64,000 nucleotides of DNA from an uncultured delta proteobacterium (GCA_963804955.1 CAWDSQ010000026.1:96001-160000); one strand, 5' to 3'; shown: positions 43,461 to 52,897, numbered from the stretch's first letter. Notes: generated by a model not told the origin, from the letters alone. Program-made: numbers and translations.

Positions 43461-44683
43461 TTACAGATCGAGCAGGCTCTGCTCATAAGGGAAAGGGGAC
43501 AGCGCCCTTTTCAGCACCCCGTGGACAAAGGATATGGCGATGCCGTAGTTGGTAATTGGAACATTGAGGCTTTGCGCATCGCCGATGCGCGCAAGCATTT
43601 CCTGGCGGTTTATCATGCACCCGCCGCAGCTGATGACCAAGGCGTACTGCGATATATCCTTATCCACCAGAGGCCCGGCATTGGTCTCAAAAATTATATT
43701 CTTGCCCGTGTAGCTGCGTATCCAGCGGGGCAGCTTTAACCGGCCGATATCATCGGCATGGGGTGATGGGTGCAGGCTTCGAGAATAAGCACCTTGTCGC
43801 CGTCCTGCAGGCTGTCGATCCGGCGCACGCCGCGCACGAATTCGGCCAGGTCGCCCTTCTGACGCGAAAAAAGTATGGAGAAGGTGGTAAATTTTACATC
43901 TCCGGAATATCGCCCGACGATCTTCAAAACAACCTGCGAATCGCATATCACCAGAGCGGGTTTTCTGTCAAGCCCCCGCAGCGCATACTCTATCTCGCGC
44001 TCCTTGGCAGTAACCGCCACAGCGTCATTGTCAAGAACATCCCGTATGACCTGCACCTGCGGCAGTATGAGCCGCCCCTTCGGGGCCCCAAGATCAATGG
44101 GGACGACAAGCAGCACGATATCGCCATGGCTTATCAAGATCGCCGACAATCGTTTCGCGCTCAACAAACAGCCTGCTGCCGGCCTCGATGATCAGCTTCT
44201 TTCGCCGCATCCATATTCTCAGCCGTGCGGCAGGAAATAGCGGCATACGGCACGCCAAGAGCTGCAACCTTCTCAATCTGCGCCGCGTCAGGCGGCAGCG
44301 CATCGCTTTTGTTGAAAAGACGCAACCACCGCCCTGCCCTGCCCGAGCAGTTCCCTGCACAGCGCCTCGTCATCTGCGTCAAAATCTTCAGCTGTCGTGA
44401 CAAGTACGGCAAGATTAATCTTTCGGATGATCTGACGCGTGCGCTCCACGCGCAAAAGGCCGAGGTCGCCTGTATCGTCAAGGCCGGCCGTGTCATAGAT
44501 ATAGACCGGCCCGATGCCCGATATCTCCATGGTCTTGCCGACAGGGTCGGTCGTGGTGCCCGCACATCTGATACTATGGCGATACGTCTGCCCTGTCAGC
44601 GCATTGATAAGAGATGACTTGCCCACATTGCGCTTGCCGAAAATCCCTATGTGCAGCCTGTTGCCAACCGGTGTCGTATTCAT
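43461..44683 (-). CDS. hydF: [FeFe]-hydrogenase maturation GTPase HydF (split by several indels)
   Basis: NRLHIGIFGKRNVGKSS, GTTTDPV, DTAGLDD, NKSD, APKGRLILPQ, TTFSILF, EACTHH..CGGCM..TNYG. Confidence 0.92.
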
Positions 44684-44866
44684 TTTTTTATTCCCATCAT
44701 GCTTATTTTCGGCAGACAGCAGGCTGGCGAATTTTTCATTGCCTCGCCCCTGTAAATAAACGCCCGCCAATGCCGATATATTTTTATTTAAGTCTTCCTG
44801 GGATTGCGTTGAATAAAAAGGATACTAAGCCAATACCGCCGCCGAGTCAAGAAACAGGAGTTATCC

Positions 44867-46585
44867 ATGGAAAATGCCGAAGCAGGCCGGCCAGACACCG
44901 CCGAGTCGATCGATCTGAAAAAGCTCCGGCGTGACCACTACCCGAACATTGCTCTTACCCGCTTTCTCAATGTCGATTATGTGCATGCTAAAACCGGCGA
45001 CGGCGGCGATATTTATGTGACCCGCCACGGTCTGCCGTTCATCAGGCCACATGGAGCCGGAAAACTGGTATACCGCCAAGTGGTTCAGGGCAAACCGGGA
45101 AAAGCTGGCCGGCACAAGCACCGTCTATAAGGTCACCACCAAACCCGTCGCCGGCAAATCGCTGGACATGGTCGTCAAGTGGTGCCGCATGGGCCAGGAT
45201 GTGCCGCTGGAAACAAAAATTATCGAGGACGTGCTGCGGGCCGAGTTCAACAGCCCCTTCGAGGAATTTTCCCTGGTTGAGGAATTGCGCGCCAACAGCT
45301 ATGGCCCGAGCGACATGAAAATACTGCTCCAGAAGCCCCTGGCCGTCTATGTGCCGCCCGAGCGGCTCCAGCTGTGGCAGACCGGCCGCTCCAGGGCCAA
45401 AATCATGAGTAAAATCGCCAAGCACCCGCGGCATGGAAATCGACATCCTGCGGCAGTATATCCTTATCTATAAATGGGTGCGGGGGCTGAACGCAGTGGC
45501 CGCTTTCGAGCTGGCGGGGTTGCCCGACGAGAAGCTGGCGGCATTCACGCGGCAGGTCATAAACGAGCTTCGGCTCAAGGGCTACCGCGTACTTGATCAG
45601 AAACCGGTCCACTTCATTATGCGTCCGCGGCCGGACGGCTCTCTCCCGAAAAGGCGCGACAGCCGCATACCCTATGCCCTTGTTGATTTCGAACTGCTTG
45701 AGCGCATGCCCGAGCATGAAGAGCAGGTAAGGCCATCGCGCCGCGGCAGCTACCTTGTGAAGCAGCGCGACCGCTTCCGGGACGATGTGCCAAAAAATGG
45801 CCCGCAGCACCTGCGGCCCAGTGATGTCATGGGCGTGGACTATGTGTATGGATTGACCGAGAGCACAAGCGGCCATCTCTGGGTGGCAGGGCATGACCCG
45901 GACCTGTTTGACTATTTTCAGCCCGAGCGCTGGCGCAGACCCCCCGTACCAGGCTTTCGCCTACGGACGATGCTTTTTATACCAAAACAAAAGATAATAT
46001 GAATATCGTCTGGAAAGTATCAAAATTGGGGGAACTGCCTGACGAAGCCGCTGATTCAGGCGCCAGGATAAAGGAGTGCGGCTATAACAGCCCCTTTGAA
46101 GAATTTTCCACAGCCTTCGCGCTCACGCGAAAGGGCATCGCTACCTATTTACCCGCGCGCAATTTACAAAAACGGGCTGCACGGCCGGGACAGGCTGCAT
46201 TGCCGGCAAGGCGGGTTGTACCGTTTCATGCCGGCATACTGACGCCCGAAGGGACACCCGTACTGCAGATGGATTATGATTCTTATCTACGGTCTGGGGT
46301 TCGCGACCGGGCCGGATGAATCACTTGCGGAACACGATGGCGTATTCTATACCGGTATCAATGCAGCAAATGCCCTGCGCCGCGAAATCATTACCGGCCA
46401 CGAGTATGACCGCCTCATGCGTCGCCTGGAGCGGCTGCTTGCAGAAAACGGCATGGAAAACCTGGGCCTTAAAGGCAATCATGTGCTGCTGTCGCTCAAT
46501 CCGGCGGGGCGAGCTGATGCGCGACACCAGCAATGAGCTCGACATCCGGCTGTGCAACTTCGAAACGGTGCACAGGCTTGCCTGA
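44867..46585 (+). CDS. Hypothetical protein with two internally repeated kinase-like domains (split by indels)
   Basis: Repeat signature VDYV...PE.W...V.K...G..P...NSPFEEFS...ILIY occurs twice; DQKPVH and LVDFE in repeat 1. Confidence 0.6.
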
Positions 46586-46607
46586 TGCCGGAATTTGAAG
46601 ATGCGCT

Positions 46608-46647
46608 ATAAAAAACGCCGGGGCTGTATGCTCAGGCGTTTTTTTAT
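46608..46647. terminator. Bidirectional intrinsic terminator
   Basis: ATAAAAAACGCC..GGCGTTTTTTTAT between convergent genes. Confidence 0.8.
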
Positions 46648-46673
46648 AAAGTAAACAAATCCGAGGGGAATTA

Positions 46674-46992
46674 TCAATACCCGCCGCGGCTCTTGAATCC
46701 ACCGCCGCCACCTGAGCGCCTGCGGTCACCGCCGGGACGATCGGTCTGAGGACGGGCCTCATTGACCACAATACCCCGGCCATAGAGCGGAGCATTATGC
46801 ATTGTTCGGATGGCTTCCTGCGCTCCTGCTTCAGTTGCCATTTCAACAAAAACCGAAACCTTTGGACTGACCCGTAAATTTGTCAAAAACAATATTGACC
46901 GAAACGACTTCTCCCGCTTCCGAAAAGCGTTTCTGCAGATCTTCCGTCGTTACTTTGTAGGACATATTTCCCACATACAGCTTTGTACCCAT
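46674..46992 (-). CDS. RRM RNA-binding protein with Gly/Arg-rich tail (indels)
   Basis: MGTKLYVGNMSY (RNP2), FVEM..AQEAI..LYGRGIVVNEARP, tail GGDRRRSGGGGGFKSRGGY. Confidence 0.9.
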
Positions 46993-47324
46993 ACAACTCT
47001 CCTTTTCTGTGTTTACCGTTACCCGGAGGGCTGCCGCCCTCTGGTGCAGAGACGCACCATTACCATTTTCCGGACATTCTATTACTACTCAAGGTTGCTT
47101 CTCTGAGCGGAAGGTGCAATCCCGACCGATCTGATGGCTCAACAAAAAAAACCCTTGCAGGGTTTATATTTTAAACCCGCAGGGCTATTCTGAGATACGG
47201 CGGACTTAAAATTAAAAAAATAAAAAGTGTTATTTTTAACACTTTTACACAGATACAAAAATCTGTCAATCTAAAACAGTGCGGAAGCAGACTGAAAATA
47301 AAGCCGTACCTGCCCCCGAGATCC

Positions 47325-47395
47325 CGTAAGGGCGACCGGACGGTCGCCCCTGCAACCCCTGAAAGCAGCGAGGGCGCGAGTACCGCGCCCCTACG
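47325..47395. repeat. Inverted REP doublet
   Basis: CGTAAGGGCGACCGGACGGTCGCCCCTGC and reverse-oriented GGGCGCGAGTACCGCGCCCCTACG. Confidence 0.7.
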
Positions 47396-47420
47396 ATTCA
47401 AAAATATATATGCACGGCTC

Positions 47421-47933
47421 TCAAACCCGCACAACAAAACTTCCTGCCATTTTGTCATGCCAGCCCTGCTTGCGGCCGTCAAAGGCAATCCAGGCAAAAC
47501 CGAGGCCGGCAAACAGAAGGCTGATGAGCGAACCGAAATATCGCACCGTGGCCCTCCCAAAGCCAATGGCGCCTCCATCGCGGTTGACCACCTTGAGGCC
47601 CAAAGCAAGCTTGCCAACGGTCTGCCCTGTCAGGGCATGAAAATAGATAAAGTAAAATGCATTAATAAGCGAGTTGGCAACAAGCTGGGGAACCAGCAGC
47701 GCTTTGACGGGGTCCTCGATTTCCGGTGATAGAGACCGCACTATGACAATCCCTGCGCCATAGATAAACATTGAGGCAAAACCGAGCACCATTCCGTCGA
47801 GCATACAAGCCCAGAAGCGGCGCCAGAAGCCGCCATACAAAACAGACGCAGCCTGAGCCCTGAGCGGTGCATCGCAGCGCAGGCACCGCTCATCATGTTC
47901 AGCATTGAAACTTCCACACCGTTGGCAGCGCAT
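47421..47933 (-). CDS. RDD family membrane protein with N-terminal zinc ribbon
   Basis: CQRC..CLRC; GFWRRFWACMLD, GQTVGK, KQGWHDKMAGS. Confidence 0.9.
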   Translation of the reverse strand: MRCQRCGSFNAEHDERCLRCDAPLRAQAASVLYGGFWRRFWACMLDGMVLGFASMFIYGAGIVIVRSLSPEIEDPVKALLVPQLVANSLINAFYFIYFHALTGQTVGKLALGLKVVNRDGGAIGFGRATVRYFGSLISLLFAGLGFAWIAFDGRKQGWHDKMAGSFVVRV

Positions 47934-47948
47934 ATTCAGAAATCCGTT

Positions 47949-48686
47949 CTATCCGATTGTGCCCGTTTCATAACCAATGATTGCAAGCACGGCAAGGGGC
48001 GCTGTCTCGGCTCGCAGTATTGTTGTTCCGAGCCCTGCTGCAGTAAAACCATGCCTGCGCGCCAGTTCCGCCTCGGCATCAGAGAATCCGCCCTCAGGGC
48101 CAACCACAAAAACAATGTCTTTAAGACCACTGCGCTCTGCAAGCAGGCTGCCGAAGCCAACGGCCTTTTCCTGTTCCCATAACAATACTTTAAGAAACCC
48201 TTCAAAAGAGCCTGCCAGAGCTTCTTCGAAACCACCCGCCTGATCGACCACCGGCACCCGGCGCACACCCGACTGCTTAACGGCAGCAATGGCAATCTGC
48301 TGCCAGTGATGCTGCTTGTGCGCTGCTTTGTCCCTGTCCCAGCGGGTAATGCAGCGCGACGAAAAAAACGGTATGATGCGGGAAACGCCAAGCTCAGTGC
48401 TTTTCTGCACGATCAGGTCCATTTTCTGGGACTTGAGCACCGCCTGAACAAGCACGACCTGAGGAGCGTCAGAATTGCCAGCAGCAAAAGTTTCGGTAAT
48501 CCGAACGGTAACGGTATCGGCAGTACGTTCTGCAATCAAGCCGCTGTAGGCAGCACCCGTTGCATCAAAAAGCACAATTTCGTCATCGCGCTTCAAACGC
48601 AGCACCCTGACGATATGCCGCGCTTCCTCACCGGTCAGGGTAACTGTTGCGGCAACAGGTGGATTGTCTAAATAAAAACGACGCAT
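47949..48686 (-). CDS. rsmE: 16S rRNA m3U1498 methyltransferase
   Basis: HIVRVLR, QKSTELGV, VGPEGGF, ILRAETA. Confidence 0.96.
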   Translation of the reverse strand: MRRFYLDNPPVAATVTLTGEEARHIVRVLRLKRDDEIVLFDATGAAYSGLIAERTADTVTVRITETFAAGNSDAPQVVLVQAVLKSQKMDLIVQKSTELGVSRIIPFFSSRCITRWDRDKAAHKQHHWQQIAIAAVKQSGVRRVPVVDQAGGFEEALAGSFEGFLKVLLWEQEKAVGFGSLLAERSGLKDIVFVVGPEGGFSDAEAELARRHGFTAAGLGTTILRAETAPLAVLAIIGYETGTIG

Positions 48687-48697
48687 GATAGCCTTTC

Positions 48698-48786
48698 AGG
48701 CTGAAAGCTGTAGACTGTAGGCTGTAGGCTGTAGGCTTTTAGGTTTTTTACAGTCTAAACGCTTACAGCTGAAACTTCAACAGCCT
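48698..48786. repeat. Inverted heptamer cassette (AGGCTGT-type arms)
   Basis: AGGCTGA AAGCTGT AGACTGT AGGCTGT AGGCTGT AGGCTTT followed by degenerate reverse-complement units TACAGTCT..TACAGCT..AACAGCCT. Confidence 0.7.
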
Positions 48787-49052
48787 CTCTACACAAGCAC
48801 TGCTTGAAGTCTTAACATATCATAGGGAACTCAAAAGGTATTATCTATCTGAAACAGCCTTTCAATTGAACTTTTCTTTACCCACTATATTTCTTTTTTT
48901 TGGCTAAAAAAGGCAAGGATTATCAGGTGAACACAGAAACAGGCAGGGGAACGTTGTTGACAAACCACACAAACTGAAATGTGCTTACCTGCGCATGTTT
49001 TTTCTTTGGTGATTCACAACATATGCCGCATGTATTTTTGTGCTGACCAGTT

Positions 49053-49412
49053 TCAGAGAAAAACCTTATAGCCAATATTAAGAGCCGCACCAAGAATTTT
49101 GGCGGTTTTAAGGCCAATGGGGCGTTTAGCCCGCTCCATCTCGGAAATATGGCTTTGTGGAATTCCGCATTTCTCGGCAAGCTGCTTTTGTGTCATCCCT
49201 TCCTTGCCGCGAGCGCCTGCAAGAATAACCCCCGGCCTTTTATCATCGGTCACTTCGGGAAACAGCTCATTCATGGTAAGATAGCGTTCTTCTTCAAGAG
49301 ACATAAAGCCGAGTGCCTTTAAAGAAGCAAGGGCTTTTTTTCTGTTTGTTGCAGGCCCAATAAACTTTATTGCTACTGCTTCAGTATGGTGCTTTTTCGT
49401 GTGTGCCAGCAT
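49053..49412 (-). CDS. XRE/HTH antitoxin (HigA-like)
   Basis: LAGARGKEGMTQKQLAEKCGIPQSHISEMERAKRPIG; overlaps the upstream toxin. Confidence 0.8.
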   Translation of the reverse strand: MLAHTKKHHTEAVAIKFIGPATNRKKALASLKALGFMSLEEERYLTMNELFPEVTDDKRPGVILAGARGKEGMTQKQLAEKCGIPQSHISEMERAKRPIGLKTAKILGAALNIGYKVFL

Positions 49413-49659
49413 AGGTGACCTCAACTAAATTGATAGTTGTTTCTTGTTCCTCCCAAACCGCAACATAGGTAGGGCGGCCTTTTTTAATATGGCAATGGTG
49501 CCGCCGGGATGACAGCTTGCCATAGTTTGGCCAGTTGCCGCGCACGGGGCCGTACATTTGAATTTCGGCCATAAGCGCAAAGAGGTTATTTTTAACCGCA
49601 GAAGGCAAGGCGCTAACCTGCTTTTGTACTTTTCTGCTGGTGACAAGCTGCCATTGCAT
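49381..49659 (-). CDS. RelE/ParE-superfamily toxin
   Basis: About 92 aa, basic; KQVSALP..GPVRGNWPNYGKL..HCHIKKGRPTYVAVW..YAGTHEKAPY; toxin-first arrangement. Confidence 0.7.
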   Translation of the reverse strand: MQWQLVTSRKVQKQVSALPSAVKNNLFALMAEIQMYGPVRGNWPNYGKLSSRRHHCHIKKGRPTYVAVWEEQETTINLVEVTYAGTHEKAPY

Positions 49660-49759
49660 ATATACGATATATCCCAAAAAAGGTATTTCGTCAACTATCT
49701 CTTGCAGCCTTAGTCCCTCGACTGGGGAGGAATTCAAGAACGTCAACTTGACTTGTGAA

Positions 49760-50048
49760 TCAACGTGTCGGTTCGGCATGCAGCTTTAGCCCGGAGGGCT
49801 TGAAGCACTTTCATGACCGTATCGAAGCGGGGTTTTGCTCCCGGCGCGAGACCTTTATAAAGACTCTCTTTCTCTAAACCTTAATCACGGGTAATTTTGG
49901 CCATTCCCCGTGCCTTGGCCACATCGCCAACTGCCGCAAGCAGCAAATCAAGATCGTTTTTTTCCATAACGACGGAAAGATACTCCGCTATGGCTTCCTC
50001 ATTATCAAAATAGGCACCCGCATCAAATGGGATCAGTTTTTCAGCCAT
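49760..50048 (-). pseudogene. Addiction-module antidote (HI1420-like), disrupted
   Basis: MAEKLIPFDAGAYFDNEEAIAEYL..GDVAKARGM..ESLYK..KPRFDTVMKV; in-frame TAA at 49881-49883. Confidence 0.75.
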
Positions 50049-50051
50049 TAT

Positions 50052-50141
50052 TCACACCTCCAGTTCATCGGCCAGTTTTCTGGCACGTTTACTATCGGTT
50101 TTTTGCGTGGATGTATCGCCTCCGGCAAGAACGACAGTCAG
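50052..50141 (-). pseudogene. C-terminal remnant of addiction-module killer (HI1419-like)
   Basis: LTVVLAGGDTSTQKTDSKRARKLADELEV* resembles the GGDKSTQ..DI..A C-terminus; no N-terminal part. Confidence 0.65.
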
Positions 50142-50193
50142 GGGCAATTATGTCGGTAAATTTGTTGCATTGACGATAACGGGGATGGATTTT

Positions 50194-50529
50194 TTATAGA
50201 GATATTTCGATAGACGTCTTTGCGTGCAGCACATCCCAGAGAAAACTTTCGGACGTAGCACTTTCTATTTCTTTCGGCGTATAACCGAATGCCTCAATAG
50301 GCTCAAGTATCCGACCCGATGCAAGCCCGAGCACTTCAAGCCGCTCCCTGACATTAAAAGGTTGAAAGTCTTTTGACACAACGATGAGGTCAATGTCGCT
50401 ATCCAAGCGCTCCCGGCCTTCGGCATACGATCCGAAAAGTATTATTTTTTCAGAACATATATTGAGCCGCTGCAACTCCTGCCGGTAGCGGCTTACTATG
50501 TCTGTAATGTTTCGTGCGTCTTTAGCCAT
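50194..50529 (-). CDS. Minimal nucleotidyltransferase (MNT)
   Basis: ILFGSYAEGRERLDSDIDLIVVS. Confidence 0.9.
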   Translation of the reverse strand: MAKDARNITDIVSRYRQELQRLNICSEKIILFGSYAEGRERLDSDIDLIVVSKDFQPFNVRERLEVLGLASGRILEPIEAFGYTPKEIESATSESFLWDVLHAKTSIEISL

Positions 50530-50888
50530 GCGATCACCTCACGGGTTTTTTCAAGATACTGCCCTGCAACATCAGCAGGGTATGCGGTTACAAGCTGGGA
50601 GAAATCTTCAGGATATCTCGTAACCAGGCTTGCATTATTGAGCCGGGCGATAAAATCGAGCATATCCTGATTCGGCTGCACATCTCCAAGCTTAAGGAGA
50701 TAAATCAAATTATGCGTTTTGGGTGGAACAGCCTGCGTGACCTGGGCCGCAACAGCCTTGAGCATCTTTTCAATGGCGATGTGGCACATGAAGACAACAT
50801 AAATATGCCTTCCAGACCCCAGCATTGCCTCTGCTGTTTGGAGATCATAAGCGGCAGAAAGCATAAAATTTTCTGCATCTTTTCTCAT
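50496..50888 (-). CDS. HEPN domain protein
   Basis: A.YDL..A, FMCHIAIEKMLKA, PPKTHNL, TRYP; paired with MNT. Confidence 0.88.
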   Translation of the reverse strand: MRKDAENFMLSAAYDLQTAEAMLGSGRHIYVVFMCHIAIEKMLKAVAAQVTQAVPPKTHNLIYLLKLGDVQPNQDMLDFIARLNNASLVTRYPEDFSQLVTAYPADVAGQYLEKTREVIAWLKTHETLQT

Positions 50889-51107
50889 GCGGCTGACACC
50901 TAGTGAGAGTAAGCTCTTCTATTATTTGAAATCTTATAAATTTAAGATGAAAAGAGCAAGCTTTTTTAAAATGTTAGCCTAACGATAGCGCCCCCTTTGA
51001 AAATTTTTAAAAATACCTGACGATGGAACTTTTTTGAACGGTCAATTGTCTAATAGAGTAGAAAGCAGTCGTGAAAAAAACCATTTAACCCAAGAAGGAG
51101 CAAAGTC

Positions 51108-51395
51108 ATGACAAAAACAGTATGTATCGCAGCAGCAGTTCTGATGGTCGTTATGTTTGCCGTCGAATCTCAGGCAGGGGGCCGGTGTGGGGGCTACGGT
51201 TATTCGTCGCGCGGATTAAAAAGTTTTCCCAGCTTCAAAACCTATTCAGCGCCGGCTCCGCGAAACTACAAAAACGGTGGAGAAATCTACCTGCAGAACG
51301 GGTATCCCAAGCAAAATGGAACATACGTCATGCCACACTTAAAGACCCGGCCCGACAGCACTCCGTATAATAACCTGGGTGCATGGAGCAAGTAA
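51108..51395 (+). CDS. Small exported hypothetical protein
   Basis: AAGGAG RBS, signal peptide, motif GYPKQNGTYVMPHLKTRPD..YNN. Confidence 0.7.
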   Translation: MTKTVCIAAAVLMVVMFAVESQAGGRCGGYGYSSRGLKSFPSFKTYSAPAPRNYKNGGEIYLQNGYPKQNGTYVMPHLKTRPDSTPYNNLGAWSK

Positions 51396-51441
51396 TTGTA
51401 CTCGGATTCATGCTTAAGAGGTTTTATGAAAGAATAAAACT

Positions 51442-51534
51442 GTCATCGCGAGGCCGCAGGCCGTGGCGATCTCGTGCCCCGGTACAAAGACCGGGATTGC
51501 CGCGTCAGTCGCTCCGCTCCTTCCTCGCAATGAC
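51442..51534. repeat. Palindromic repeat element
   Basis: GTCATCGCGAGG...GGCGATCTC...GGGATTGCC...CCTCGCAATGAC nested inverted repeats. Confidence 0.7.
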
Positions 51535-51610
51535 CCTGGATATGTCAAGTTGCACGGCAGCATAATTTAAGCTGGGCAGTACAAATATCCATAATCGTGT
51601 GGGGTGATGA

Positions 51611-52186
51611 TTGAAAGAGGAAAGAAGAAATCCATTTGAAGCTCTGTGCGAGGCGCGTTACTGCTGGCGGCTGGGATGCACTACATGCGGCACCTGGCCG
51701 CTCAGAGCTGATCTGTATCGTCTTGTTTTAGGTTTTCACCCGGATGATGCTGATTGGAAAGGGGAGTTTCTGTTCGTTGAAGCAAAAACCGGCAAAGGTC
51801 CATATCGGGAAATTGTTGTTCACCCGGAGAAGGGCAAATTTCCGAGTAGATATCCGGAATACTCTCGGGATTTATCAGAGCAGGATCAGTTAAAACTTCA
51901 GGGAGTAATAAAGGGTGTCACAATAGCCCGTCTCAATATGACAGAGCCGAGATGGCTGGGGTATTTGGGTGTCGCTTTGAAATGGTGCGAGGAAGCTGAA
52001 AGCAATAATAGACTTTTAACCCACGCTCTTGTGCCTCAATTTGCAGAACTGCTTGCATCAGGGCAAACCCATGCCCAACAAAGTTTTCAGCATATTTTAG
52101 ATAATTGTCTGACGTGGCAGAATCTGGAAGGAATTGAGAGAGCCTTGTTGTGGGGTAAAATTATTAAACAACCGGCGCCCAGATAA
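51611..52186 (+). CDS. Hypothetical protein with N-terminal CWxxxCTTCG motif
   Basis: 191-aa ORF with lower GC; CWRLGCTTCG. Confidence 0.6.
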   Translation: MKEERRNPFEALCEARYCWRLGCTTCGTWPLRADLYRLVLGFHPDDADWKGEFLFVEAKTGKGPYREIVVHPEKGKFPSRYPEYSRDLSEQDQLKLQGVIKGVTIARLNMTEPRWLGYLGVALKWCEEAESNNRLLTHALVPQFAELLASGQTHAQQSFQHILDNCLTWQNLEGIERALLWGKIIKQPAPR

Positions 52187-52342
52187 AAAATACTCACGTG
52201 GAAATTTCGCAGCCTGCGTTAGGCGCAACTTGATCTCAAAGCAATGCCCGAATACCGCCAATCCTTCTGCTGTGCAGTGTTGGTGATTACAGGTGACTGG
52301 AGGTAATACAACACAATAAACAAATTGACAGACTACCGGCGG

Positions 52343-52573
52343 CTATGCCGATGTTTTAGATGCCCAGTTGAGGTTTAATTCACGACGGGATGTGGCGCAA
52401 TCACGCAGATAGAGGTTTATCAGGCTCTGATAGGGAACGCCTGTTTTTTCCGATAACCCTTTGAAATAATCAATGACATCCTGCCCGATGCGCAATGTGA
52501 CCTGCTTTTTGAGCCTCTTTGCGTAGGGATTTGGCCGCGCTTTCATTTTGGAAAGATCATATTCTTCTTTCAT
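52343..52573 (-). CDS. BrnA-family antitoxin
   Basis: MKEEYDLS..NPYAKRLKKQVTLR..VIDYFK..GVPYQSLIN. Confidence 0.88.
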   Translation of the reverse strand: MKEEYDLSKMKARPNPYAKRLKKQVTLRIGQDVIDYFKGLSEKTGVPYQSLINLYLRDCATSRRELNLNWASKTSA

Positions 52574-52576
52574 AAC

Positions 52577-52861
52577 TCACCTTTTATAAAATTTTGCTTC
52601 TCGTGCAGTAGCCTTACGCGCAGAGATGATTCTTACAACTGAATCATTTTCTTTGAAACAATGGCAGATGAGAAGCAGTCGTACATTCGCACTCAGCCCG
52701 AGCAGAAGAAATCTGTCTTCCCATTCCGAATGCCGGTCATCATAGAATTCCACAGCTTTTTCGTCAAAAAACACGGTTTCTGCTTCCTGAAAAGAAACTC
52801 CGTGTTTTTTGAGATTTTCTGCCGCTTTGTTTTTATCCCACTGAAACTGTATGTGCCCCAT
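52577..52861 (-). CDS. BrnT-family toxin
   Basis: FQWDKNKAAENLKKHGVSF.EA..F.D..HS..EDR..RIISARKA. Confidence 0.92.
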   Translation of the reverse strand: MGHIQFQWDKNKAAENLKKHGVSFQEAETVFFDEKAVEFYDDRHSEWEDRFLLLGLSANVRLLLICHCFKENDSVVRIISARKATAREAKFYKR

Positions 52862-52897
52862 ATATTTACATTGTAGCTACAATGTATTTTATGTCAA
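52862..52897 (-). promoter_or_regulatory. brnTA promoter with perfect 20-bp palindromic operator
   Basis: TTGACA-16-TACAAT-8-ATG; TACATTGTAGCTACAATGTA at 52867-52886. Confidence 0.7.

Noticed and set aside
50970..52230. Integron attC sites (GTTAGCCTAAC at about 50973, GCGTTAGGC at about 52216)
   Set aside because: No paired RYYYAAC...GTTRRRY boxes with complementary arms could be traced, and there is no integrase in the window.
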